DNA from: a virus
Taxonomy: Duplodnaviria > Caudoviricetes
Virus record (IMG/VR): IMGVR_UViG_3300032295_002786
Span: 1-41,967 of that record
Length of the DNA stretch: 41,967 bases
Reading direction: 5' to 3' (one strand)
The notes under the pieces are model-generated. The model was not told the DNA's origin, did not search any database, and saw only the letters and a list, made by a program, of their open reading frames with translations. Below, piece by piece: positions 1-7,525 of this stretch (position 1 is the stretch's first letter; every line of letters starts with the position of its first letter). Both the position numbers and the translations under genes were made by a program.

Positions 1-34
1 CACTGATAAAGATGCTGCGATAGTCTCTAGCCAT
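1..34 (-). CDS. 5' end of a gene leaving the window; probable calcineurin-like metallophosphoesterase (LpxH-like/PlcP-type)
   Basis: ATG at 34 reads MARDYRSIFIS..., resembling the N-terminal YRSIFISDxHLG motif of this family; preceded by TAAATA and a Pho-box-like repeat. Only 11 codons visible. Confidence 0.45.
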   Translation of the reverse strand, partial: MARDYRSIFIS

Positions 35-51
35 AATATTATTTAAGTAAA

Positions 52-74
52 GCCGTGTTACCGTTTTGTTACAA
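52..74 (-). promoter_or_regulatory. Putative Pho box
   Basis: Minus strand TTGTAACAAAAC-GGTAACACGGC: GTAACA repeated at 11-bp spacing (72-67, 61-56); same pattern as upstream of pstS. Confidence 0.55.
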
Positions 75-80
75 GCCAGT

Positions 81-107
81 AAAAAAGGCACCGCAGTGCC
101 TTTTTTC
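81..107 (-). terminator. Rho-independent terminator after the porin gene (possibly bidirectional)
   Basis: AAAAAAGGCAC-CGCA-GTGCCTTTTTT perfect hairpin with T/A tracts on both sides. Confidence 0.8.
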
Positions 108-121
108 TTCGCAGCATTGTT

Positions 122-1528
122 TTAGAAATTAACTTGGCTGCGGAACATCACAGCACGGTCACCGTTCACACGGCTGCCAGAGCTGCCAACCAAGGCATCA
201 AACTTGGTGTCAACATAGTTCAGCATGAAGCGAACATTGTCAGTTGCAAACCAGGTCACACCATAAGTCATTGCAGTGGCACGATTGGTTTTGCCTGTGG
301 CCACTGTGATTGGTACTGCGTCAAACTCGCTGGCACGAACAGCAATCTGCCATGCACCACGACCACCTTTGTCTACAGGATTGTTGGGCTTGAGTGAACT
401 GAAAGCGCCGTCTTTGTAGTTGTAGCTTTCACCGGTTAGGTTGTAAACTGCTTGAACATAGTAGCCTTTGATTTCTTGCTCAGTGCCAGTGGTGGGATCG
501 TATTTAAATACAAAATATTCACCCTGTACCTTGGCAGCGTTATAAGCCACGGCTGCTTCTAGTCCCTGACGAGTGCGTTCGGTAACACCACTCAATGCCG
601 AACCTGTAAAGAAAGCACTTTGTGATCTTGCTTCGGTTCTGCCACTGGCAGGAGTGACTCCGCCTTTGATATTGCCTATGCTGTATGCAGCTCCTAGGTG
701 CGCAATGTATGCCTTGCTGCCCTGCAGTTCTGCAATGTTGGTGGTGACACGACCAATGTAGTCAAAGTTGTCACTCACAGCATCCTTGTTGCTTTTGCCA
801 CGACTTGCTGCCACAGCATAAGTCAAACCTGCTCGTGGCACACCGTGCACCATGAAGCCAGTTTCTTTGCCTGGAATCAGCTCGCTGTCGTTTTGACCAA
901 TCAAGCTACGCTCCATGAAGTCAATGTTGTTTGAGCTGGTCAATTGTTCAAGACTGAACGGCATTTTGAACAAACCAAACTGAAACTGCATTTCAGGATT
1001 GGCAGCATAGTTCACATAAGCCACGTCCATCACTGTGCTGGTGCTGGAAGCGCCTACATCGTTGCCTAGGTTGGCTACCAATTCGTACTTGAAATCTTTC
1101 TGGAACTGGCCACGCACACCAAATCTAGCACGACGAATTTCTGCTAGGTTCTGGTACGAATCTGTGGTTTGACCTGTACCATAAGCGGGGTCGTACTGAC
1201 GATAATCCATGTGTAGTCGACCTGTAAACTGGGCAGTGTTGTTGCCATCTTTTGACTTGAGTCCAAGTCCGTTTTCAGTGACTGATCCGTCATTGGCTCT
1301 TGCGAAACGATAGTTGAAATTTTCGCGGAGGTCCTTGTCAATTCTTTGTTCCGCGAATCGTTTGTTTTCTGATTTCTCTTCGTGGGCTTTGACTTTGGCA
1401 TCATACTCTTTTTGAGTCAACACACCTTTGTCCCGCAGGATGTTCAGTGTGTCAATATATTCATCTGCATAAGCAGGAGCAGCCACGGCCAAGGTCATGG
1501 CCAGTGCTAGTTTGGTAATTGTTTTCAT
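122..1528 (-). CDS. oprP: Phosphate-selective outer-membrane porin, OprO/OprP family
   Basis: Signal peptide (..APAYA|DE), GRLHMD, EIRRARFG, G-F-K-P-F-S-L-E-like segment then SSNNIDFMERS, C-terminal Phe; directly downstream of pstS. Confidence 0.9.
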   Translation of the reverse strand: MKTITKLALAMTLAVAAPAYADEYIDTLNILRDKGVLTQKEYDAKVKAHEEKSENKRFAEQRIDKDLRENFNYRFARANDGSVTENGLGLKSKDGNNTAQFTGRLHMDYRQYDPAYGTGQTTDSYQNLAEIRRARFGVRGQFQKDFKYELVANLGNDVGASSTSTVMDVAYVNYAANPEMQFQFGLFKMPFSLEQLTSSNNIDFMERSLIGQNDSELIPGKETGFMVHGVPRAGLTYAVAASRGKSNKDAVSDNFDYIGRVTTNIAELQGSKAYIAHLGAAYSIGNIKGGVTPASGRTEARSQSAFFTGSALSGVTERTRQGLEAAVAYNAAKVQGEYFVFKYDPTTGTEQEIKGYYVQAVYNLTGESYNYKDGAFSSLKPNNPVDKGGRGAWQIAVRASEFDAVPITVATGKTNRATAMTYGVTWFATDNVRFMLNYVDTKFDALVGSSGSRVNGDRAVMFRSQVNF

Positions 1529-1588
1529 TGTGTCCTCATAAAATAACCGTTGACATTATATCACAAATGCCAACGGTTGTCAAGTTGA

Positions 1589-2614
1589 TTACTTCCAGAT
1601 TGGGTTGCTGTCTGGACCACGGAAATCCTTCTTCCAGTTTTCCTGCACCAGTTTGATCACATCAGCTGGCATGTGAACATATTCTAAGTCTGCTGCCATT
1701 TGACCGCCATTTTTATATGACCAGTCGAAGAATTTGAGAACTGCACGACCTGTCAGTGTGTCTGCTTGTTGCTTGTGCATGATAATAAAACTAGCACCTG
1801 TGGCTGGCCAAGCATCTTTACCTGTCTGCCAAGTCAGCAACAAATACATGCCAGGAGCATTTGCCCAATCTGCATTGGCTGTTGCTGCTTTGAATGTGCC
1901 ATCATCTGGCAATACAAAGTTACCATCACGATTTTTTAATGCAGCGTAAGGAATCTTGTTTCTCTTTGCAAATGCGTATTCAACATATCCAAATGCACCT
2001 TTGATACGTTGTACTTGTGCTGCAACGCCTTCGTTACCTTTGCCGCCTACGCCCACTGGCCATTTAACAGCTGAGCCTTCGCCAACACCTTTAGCAAAAT
2101 CAGCATTGGCTTTGCTTAAGAAGTTGGTCCAGATAAATGTGGTTCCGGAACCATCTGCACGATGAATTACCACGATAGGAATAGCAGGCAGACTGACACC
2201 TGGGTTTAGATCTGCGATTGCTTTATCGTTCCATTTGTTGATTTTGCCAAGATGAATGTTGGCAATAACATCTGGTGTTAATTTTAATTTGCCTGCATCA
2301 ACGCCATCTAGGTTGAATACAGGAACTACTCCGCCAATGATGGCTGGAAATTGTACAAGACCTTCTTTGTCCAGTTCTTCTTTTTTCAATGGCATATCAC
2401 TTGCGCCAAAGTCTACTGTCTTGGCCTTGATTTGACGAATGCCGCCACCTGATCCAATTGATTGATAGTTGAGACCAATACCAGTTTGCGCTTTATAGGC
2501 CTCGGCCCATTTAGCATAGATTGGAAATGGAAATGTAGCACCAGCGCCGGTGAATTCAGCTGCTGACACTAGACCTGCTGCTGCCAGCAGAGTCATTGCA
2601 AGTAATTTACGCAC
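1589..2614 (-). CDS. pstS: Phosphate ABC transporter substrate-binding protein PstS
   Basis: Signal peptide, GAGATFP, YQSIGSGGG, DFGASD, HRADGSGTT, GKGNEGVA, GYVEY; GTG start with AGGAGG RBS. Confidence 0.97.
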   Translation of the reverse strand: MRKLLAMTLLAAAGLVSAAEFTGAGATFPFPIYAKWAEAYKAQTGIGLNYQSIGSGGGIRQIKAKTVDFGASDMPLKKEELDKEGLVQFPAIIGGVVPVFNLDGVDAGKLKLTPDVIANIHLGKINKWNDKAIADLNPGVSLPAIPIVVIHRADGSGTTFIWTNFLSKANADFAKGVGEGSAVKWPVGVGGKGNEGVAAQVQRIKGAFGYVEYAFAKRNKIPYAALKNRDGNFVLPDDGTFKAATANADWANAPGMYLLLTWQTGKDAWPATGASFIIMHKQQADTLTGRAVLKFFDWSYKNGGQMAADLEYVHMPADVIKLVQENWKKDFRGPDSNPIWK

Positions 2615-2660
2615 GTATTCCTCCTAGAAAATAATTGTGTCCTGCACGATTATTTAAACA

Positions 2661-2686
2661 CAGGTATGTTACATGCGTGTTACAAA
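2661..2686 (-). promoter_or_regulatory. Putative Pho box upstream of pstS-oprP
   Basis: Minus strand TTGTAACACGC-ATGTAACATAC-CTG: TGTAACA direct repeat at 11-bp spacing (2684-2678, 2673-2667), resembling PhoB half-sites. Confidence 0.7.
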
Positions 2687-2727
2687 GTCATTAAAAATGC
2701 CAATTTTTTGTAATATATTTTGCCAGA

Positions 2728-2910
2728 TCAACGTGGCTTGAAGATGCAACTGGCCATGACTCGATGATTTTCAATCTGCCAATTGCGTTTGACTTGTTCT
2801 TGGGCCTGTAGACAGCTTTCTCGGTCAGCAAAACGAAATTCGGCTGAACCTCCCACTTTGCTGTAGGCCGGATTTAGGCCCACTATCACTACCACTATCA
2901 TGGCATACAT
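2728..2910 (-). CDS. Small hypothetical protein with hydrophobic N-terminus
   Basis: Likely start MYAMIVVVIVG just after the upstream stop; two Cys; 60 aa. Confidence 0.6.
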   Translation of the reverse strand: MYAMIVVVIVGLNPAYSKVGGSAEFRFADRESCLQAQEQVKRNWQIENHRVMASCIFKPR

Positions 2911-2911
2911 T

Positions 2912-3544
2912 TTAGGTCTCCAAAAGGCTGTGAGCAAAATCACGCAGTAGGTGATGTTGACTGTGCTGCCAACGACGACGCATCCAGCTGTGATCTTGGT
3001 ACCAGAACTGATTAGCCTCAGGATGACAACCAATCAAGCCCACACGATTCTGTATGATGGCCATGGGCCAACCGGTTTGGTAGGTGGCCACAGTGTGATA
3101 CACCCCTGGTCCAAAAGTACAGCCATCGTAAAAATACATGTGTGTGTCATTGCCGCGCCAACGAACCGGCATGTGTTTGGCATGAGGTCTGCGAGTGTCA
3201 GTGCCGGGCTGACGTATGTACTGCATGACCCGCACACCGCTCAAGATGTTGAAGTAGTCTTGATCTGCCCAATATGCGCCCATGCAGATGCCAAGATAGC
3301 GTCCGCCCTGGCGTAGATATCGCATGATCAGTTTGCGGTTGTGACGCATCACAGAATCAAAACTATCGCTGTCGCCAATGCCACCCGGGAAACACACAAT
3401 GTCAACATCGTCAAAAAAATCAGCTTCTATTTCTTGACGGGCAAAGATTTTGAATCTAAAGTCGGGATGCAGGGCCTGTATGATGCCGTTGCCGCTCTGT
3501 ACCGAACAGCGCGGTTGGTGCAAAAACAGAGCCATGGTGGGCAT
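2912..3544 (-). CDS. Class I glutamine amidotransferase-like protein (BPL_N-type domain)
   Basis: FPGG, nucleophile elbow YLGICMGAY, catalytic HPE. Confidence 0.8.
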   Translation of the reverse strand: MPTMALFLHQPRCSVQSGNGIIQALHPDFRFKIFARQEIEADFFDDVDIVCFPGGIGDSDSFDSVMRHNRKLIMRYLRQGGRYLGICMGAYWADQDYFNILSGVRVMQYIRQPGTDTRRPHAKHMPVRWRGNDTHMYFYDGCTFGPGVYHTVATYQTGWPMAIIQNRVGLIGCHPEANQFWYQDHSWMRRRWQHSQHHLLRDFAHSLLET

Positions 3545-3681
3545 TATTTTTTGATGTCTTCGCGACTGGCAGCAGGTTGTGTCACAGCCGGGGGCGGATC
3601 TAGCCGTTCAATTACCAATTTTTGCGCACCCCACCATCCAATGGCGGAGAAAAAACCCCACATAATGATTTCAGCGATCAT
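3544..3681 (-). CDS. Small membrane peptide (45 aa)
   Basis: MIAEIIMWGFFSAIGWWGAQKL...; TAAATA upstream; stop overlaps next start. Confidence 0.5.
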   Translation of the reverse strand: MIAEIIMWGFFSAIGWWGAQKLVIERLDPPPAVTQPAASREDIKK

Positions 3682-3711
3682 AGCAGCCTTTCTATACCCA
3701 GTATTTAAGCG

Positions 3712-3736
3712 AAAATGGCACCCGAAGGTGCCATTT
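3712..3736 (-). terminator. Terminator hairpin downstream of tmRNA coding piece
   Basis: Minus strand AAATGGCACC-TTCG-GGTGCCATTTT, UUCG tetraloop and U tract. Confidence 0.8.
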
Positions 3737-4035
3737 AGACTATTGGGTAACAAGGTGGTCAACCCCGGAGATTACGCTGCTAGAGCGTATACCTCATCAT
3801 TAGCTGCGTTTGCAGTTATGGTTTTTGCTTGATTTACGGTCATCGCCTACCGTGTTGTCCATATCCTTACTCGTCACCCTGTCGAAACCATGTCTGGCCC
3901 ATCAAAAGCACATTCTGTCGTCGTTTTTGCTACGCAGGTAACGACCAAGACCTCAAAGAATATGCTTTTGGTGGACCAGGCGGGAGTCGAACCCGCGTCC
4001 AGAACACCTTTCATTCTACTTCATACAACAATAAC
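3737..4035 (-). ncRNA. ssrA: Circularly permuted two-piece tmRNA (outer ends approximate)
   Basis: Acceptor piece ..GCGGG-TTCGACT-CCCGC-CTGGTCC-A-CCA ends at 3969 and lies upstream of the 5' piece GGGCCAGACATGGTTTCGAC starting at 3900; acceptor stem GGGCCAG/CTGGTCC with G3.U70; tag ORF 3813-3772 = ANAANDEVYALAA*. Confidence 0.93.
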
Positions 4036-4119
4036 TTACAGAGTCAGTATCACTACAGTAGCAATAAACACTGCTACCAGACCCCAATATATTGCTTCGC
4101 CAATTTTATAACTCATCAT
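4036..4119 (-). CDS. Possible 27-aa membrane peptide
   Basis: MMSYKIGEAIYWGLVAVFIATVVILTL*, GAGGG RBS; below ORF-track length cutoff. Confidence 0.35.
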   Translation of the reverse strand: MMSYKIGEAIYWGLVAVFIATVVILTL

Positions 4120-4127
4120 GCCCTCGA

Positions 4128-4379
4128 TCATACTCGTACAAAACGCAACAATTCATCAGCGGTCATGTGCCCGCTGTGGCGTCTAATTTCTGTGTCGCTG
4201 TCGTCCACAATGATCATTGTGGGCACTGCTCTCACATTGTATTGCACAGCACGAGCACTGTTAGTGTCAATGTTGATCTCGTCCACTGCTAGAGCAATTT
4301 GATCACGCACTGATTCAACTGTGTCACTGAGTGATCGACAGGGCGCACACCAATCTGCATAGAATTTCAAAATTTTCAT
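4128..4379 (-). CDS. trxA: Thioredoxin family protein
   Basis: FYADWCAPC active site and cis-Pro VPT motif; GAGG RBS. Confidence 0.9.
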   Translation of the reverse strand: MKILKFYADWCAPCRSLSDTVESVRDQIALAVDEINIDTNSARAVQYNVRAVPTMIIVDDSDTEIRRHSGHMTADELLRFVRV

Positions 4380-4404
4380 ATCATTACCTCACGTGGTGAC
4401 ATAT

Positions 4405-4926
4405 TTAGCTGTCATCTGACGGTTCAACCACGATCCAACCCAGGCGAAACAGATCTTCTCGAATTTCATCAGTCACAACCATTTCTGGTACAAAACCATT
4501 GTCAGGCGCACCTAGATCCATGATGCCTGAACAGTACCAGTCAATGTAGTCCCCGGCACCCAGCATGTCGGCTATGATGCCGCCAGCATAACGCCAACTG
4601 CAACTCCAGGTTTGATCTTTCAATAGTGGCCAAACTTCGTTGCGTCGAAAATCATTGTTGCACAGAGCCGCATAGAGATTTTGAGCATACACACTACTGC
4701 TGCGAGCCTTGACCAAGATCCAGTCAGTGCTGCGAAGATCCCACTCTAGATTGTTTTCGCGCCACTCAGGACTGGCTTCCTGCGCACGCCGCTGCTCGGC
4801 CCAGGTAGCGTAGAGATCAGTCATCTCTTCCACATGCTGCTGCGTGGTGTTGCCCTGTTCTGCACGTTCTTCTAGTTTTTTCAATTGAAAGGTGCCACGG
4901 TCAGGACTGCTACTGATCTTGCTCAT
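4405..4926 (-). CDS. Conserved-looking hypothetical phage protein
   Basis: Likely start MSKISSSP; YAQNLYAALCNN..WSCSWRYAGG..YIDWYCSG Cys/Trp-rich core. Confidence 0.7.
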   Translation of the reverse strand: MSKISSSPDRGTFQLKKLEERAEQGNTTQQHVEEMTDLYATWAEQRRAQEASPEWRENNLEWDLRSTDWILVKARSSSVYAQNLYAALCNNDFRRNEVWPLLKDQTWSCSWRYAGGIIADMLGAGDYIDWYCSGIMDLGAPDNGFVPEMVVTDEIREDLFRLGWIVVEPSDDS

Positions 4927-5230
4927 CCAGTTCCCCCCGCCACAATTTGCGATCCAATTCCATGTCATGATCCACAATGGTTGTAAAGCTTTTGAGAGCT
5001 GCCACCAACATTTCTCCATCGTTGATCACAAACACATTGTATTCTGCTCTACGAAACGGTTTCATGCTGGGAGCCTCTCTTCGGCCACCAGAGTCGCTGT
5101 GTATAGGTGTCACAGTCACACTGTCGCTGTGTTGATGCAAAGTGGTAACACGACCCAGAATTATTCTACCGTTGTGAGCCACAACTACCGCGCAGTTTTC
5201 AGTTATGTCATTGCCAACAATGTCTTTCAT
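4910..5230 (-). CDS. Hypothetical protein
   Basis: Start MKDIVGND with AGGAG RBS, downstream of tRNA-Arg. Confidence 0.6.
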   Translation of the reverse strand: MKDIVGNDITENCAVVVAHNGRIILGRVTTLHQHSDSVTVTPIHSDSGGRREAPSMKPFRRAEYNVFVINDGEMLVAALKSFTTIVDHDMELDRKLWRGELDEQDQ

Positions 5231-5271
5231 AGTCTGTCTCCTGTGGCTGCACGTGAGTGCTTTGGTAAATG

Positions 5272-5346
5272 TGGTCCGGCGTGAGGGAATCGAACCCCCA
5301 TTCACAGTTTAGAAGACTGTTGTCCTATCCGTTGAACGAACGCCAG
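5272..5346 (-). tRNA. tRNA-Arg(TCT)
   Basis: Acceptor CTGGCGT/ACGCCGG, anticodon arm ACAGT-CTTCTAA-ACTGT, T arm GGGGG-TTCGATT-CCCTC, encoded CCA. Confidence 0.93.
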
Positions 5347-5365
5347 AATTATTGAATAGACTTGT

Positions 5366-5394
5366 ATGCTAACACACTGCATAATATTTGTCAA
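5366..5394 (-). promoter_or_regulatory. sigma70-type promoter for tRNA-Arg
   Basis: TTGACA-17 bp-TAGCAT. Confidence 0.6.
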
Positions 5395-6022
5395 GTCCAG
5401 GCAGTTTGGTAGCGATCCAGGCATGGTTAAATCTAAAACCACTGTCCTGACTATTTAAGAAATCTTGCATGATTGCTTGGCGCTGCACTGGGTCATGCAT
5501 GTGTGCCACAGTGGTGTGGTCGCCAATTTCCAGCCATGGTCCGTACTCCTGTGAGCAGCCAAAATGTATCTGACCAGTTTCTGTGTCCAGGCCACACAAG
5601 GACAGCAGCTCATGATCATTTTTGATAGGATACCAACCGGTCCAGTTGTGTGCTTGAGCCTGCTGGGGCACCACTGCAATCACTGCCATTGTGGCCATAG
5701 GTGTACGATGAGACACTGCCATGTATCTGGTGTCACCACACAGTATTTGGTATCCGCGCTGATTGGGCATTACCAATATTGGTTTTCGTATTGGACACCG
5801 ATCCAAGGTGTGGTATATCCAGTTGGCTCTGATCAATCTGGCCGCTGTGCTATGATCACCTGGATCTCGCCACTGTGCAATGTTCATGCCATGAGACAAA
5901 ATCAAACTGTTGAGTCTGTCACAAGCCTGTTGATAGGTTAGTCCGGGCTGTAGTTGTGATAATTCAATACCAGGATGGTACCACGCCTGATACCGATCAT
6001 AATCAAGGCTTTTTGATGTCAT
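5369..6022 (-). CDS. Hypothetical protein with ParB/sulfiredoxin-like motif
   Basis: IRKPILV..GYQILCGDTRYMA resembles the ParB/Srx core; resembles 10510..11220. Confidence 0.5.
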   Translation of the reverse strand: MTSKSLDYDRYQAWYHPGIELSQLQPGLTYQQACDRLNSLILSHGMNIAQWRDPGDHSTAARLIRANWIYHTLDRCPIRKPILVMPNQRGYQILCGDTRYMAVSHRTPMATMAVIAVVPQQAQAHNWTGWYPIKNDHELLSLCGLDTETGQIHFGCSQEYGPWLEIGDHTTVAHMHDPVQRQAIMQDFLNSQDSGFRFNHAWIATKLPGLDKYYAVC

Positions 6023-6031
6023 TGCTAGAAC

Positions 6032-6108
6032 TGGTGGGCCGGGAGAGATTCGAACTCTCTATCCCCCGATTATGAGTCGGACGCATATACCTAAAATGCT
6101 TCCGGCCC
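6032..6108 (-). tRNA. tRNA with CAT anticodon, likely tRNA-Ile2 (lysidine) rather than Met
   Basis: Acceptor GGGCCGG/CCGGCCC, anticodon arm TCCGA-CTCATAA-TCGGG, T arm GAGAG-TTCGAAT-CTCTC, CCA; C4-G69 and C5-G68 are TilS determinants; no initiator features. Confidence 0.9.
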
Positions 6109-6116
6109 AGAACTGT

Positions 6117-6145
6117 ATTTTAAGACAACTCGGTATTTTTGTCAA
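6117..6145 (-). promoter_or_regulatory. sigma70-type promoter for tRNA(CAT)
   Basis: TTGACA-17 bp-TAAAAT. Confidence 0.7.
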
Positions 6146-6740
6146 ACAGTCGTTCTTTGTCGCTGAGGTGGTCGGTTTTGATTTCTCTCATCTTGAGACC
6201 GAACAGAGCAGCAATGCTGTTTTTGAATTCAATTCGGCGATTGTTGTTGTCGCGAATTGCAATGGCTCGGCGACCAATTTCTTCCAAGGTCAACTGTTGC
6301 TCTACACCAGATTTGAGTTGCCATTCTAGATCCCAAATGGTGTTGTGTATGCGTGTGATTTCCGCAATGTCGTGATGCAATTGCGTGATTTGATTTGCGT
6401 TCAACTGTTTCACAAGTTCTTTGTATCTGGCTTCGTACCAATCCAACTCGTCTTGGTTGGATCCTGCGGTACGTTCGTGTTTGACTCGTGCAATGCACAG
6501 GCGATCAATCAATTCTAAAACTGGTAAAAATTCCATGTCACTCCTTTTTATATAGTATTTACTGGCATTGGGGCTGTTGTCATCTTCAGTGTCAACATCA
6601 CACCAGGGTGACCATTCTGGGTCAATCTGTTGTCGGTACTGAAGTACAGTTTCTACTTCTTCAGCATCCAGTCCGTAACGGTTAATGATTTGTCTGCCAG
6701 TGTGTCGGCGTAGCCATCTCAGTTCAATCATAACCACCAC
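6120..6740 (-). CDS. Helical hypothetical protein (DUF6165/DUF4254-like from Met at 6536) with an in-frame N-terminal small-phage-protein module
   Basis: ELIDRLCIA..IHNTIWDLE..NNNRRIEFKN pattern; internal AAGGAG RBS and TAAATA before the ATG at 6536. Confidence 0.6.
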   Translation of the reverse strand: MVVMIELRWLRRHTGRQIINRYGLDAEEVETVLQYRQQIDPEWSPWCDVDTEDDNSPNASKYYIKRSDMEFLPVLELIDRLCIARVKHERTAGSNQDELDWYEARYKELVKQLNANQITQLHHDIAEITRIHNTIWDLEWQLKSGVEQQLTLEEIGRRAIAIRDNNNRRIEFKNSIAALFGLKMREIKTDHLSDKERLFDKNTELS

Positions 6741-7276
6741 TGCTCGTAGGGAAATTCAACCCAGACATCGTCTTTGCTTTTGTCTATGGTGCGTCCTGAA
6801 TAAGCAATTGGCATATTGGTTTGGCTGGCAAGATTATCAACCACAACGGCTGTTCTCACATTGCGACCCCAGATCGCACGCCAGGCCGAATGTTCAGGCA
6901 AGCAACCACTCGGCCAGTCGTTTATGATCCAATTCAGTGTGGCTCCGGTGTCGTTGATGTCGTCCACCAACAAGATGTTTTTTCTCAAGGCTGGATCAGT
7001 TTCAGTGCCTGACTCGTCACGTTGATCTTTGGGCACATAACCAAAAGCATCTTCCGCCATCCAGAGATTGCTTTCGCTTTGGCTGCCGTCACGCAGACTG
7101 ACCTTGAGAGTTTCGCAAGGCACATTCAAATAGTGACTGATCATCACAGCAGGCAACAGCCCGCCACGGGTGATTCCTACCACGTAGTCGGGTCGCCAGT
7201 CGCTGTTGGCAATTTCACGACAGATGTTGTTGACCAAACCAACATACTGATCGTAATCCAGCTTGAGTGTTTTCAT
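6728..7276 (-). CDS. Type I phosphoribosyltransferase (Gpt/Hpt-like)
   Basis: VVGITRGGLLPA, PRPP-binding ILLVDDINDTGAT, C-terminal WVEFPYE. Confidence 0.9.
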   Translation of the reverse strand: MKTLKLDYDQYVGLVNNICREIANSDWRPDYVVGITRGGLLPAVMISHYLNVPCETLKVSLRDGSQSESNLWMAEDAFGYVPKDQRDESGTETDPALRKNILLVDDINDTGATLNWIINDWPSGCLPEHSAWRAIWGRNVRTAVVVDNLASQTNMPIAYSGRTIDKSKDDVWVEFPYEQWWL

Positions 7277-7422
7277 CTTCCTTGTCCTCGATTGCGTTTG
7301 TAACCACGACGCAGACTTTTGTTCATGCTTGATGTTTTGGGTCTACGTCCGCCCTGGCAAGTGCGTTTTGGGGTACTGACATGACTCTTGCCTGATGTAC
7401 TAGCTGCTGCTTTTTTTACCAT
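7273..7422 (-). CDS. Small very basic phage protein (49 aa), not in the ORF track
   Basis: MVKKAAASTSGKSHVSTPKRTCQGGRRPKTSSMNKSLRRGYKRNRGQGR*; GGAGG RBS; ATGA overlap with the PRTase. Confidence 0.75.
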   Translation of the reverse strand: MVKKAAASTSGKSHVSTPKRTCQGGRRPKTSSMNKSLRRGYKRNRGQGR

Positions 7423-7525
7423 ATATCCTCCCTGTTTGGTACTATAATTTACTCCAGATCAAACAGGCCTTGACAATTTGGCATCAAGTCTATAATAGCA
7501 TACTTGCGAATTTCAAGCAATAAGT

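Noticed and set aside
1545-1578. Imperfect inverted repeat AACCGTTG..CAACGGTT between pstS and oprP
   Set aside because: Large loop and no clear U tract; at most an mRNA-stability hairpin.
3969-4005. Stand-alone tRNA-Ala 3' fragment or integration att site
   Set aside because: Its complementary acceptor strand and a tag ORF lie downstream, so it is the acceptor piece of a permuted tmRNA; no integrase in the window.
3341-4302. Plus-strand ORFs 3341..3832, 3829..4302, 3890..4111
   Set aside because: Antisense to tmRNA, thioredoxin and the amidotransferase-like gene; no recognisable motifs.
7470-7496. TTGACA..TATAAT upstream of the plus-strand cassette
   Set aside because: Spacer is only 15 bp; may be a promoter but not supported well enough to list.
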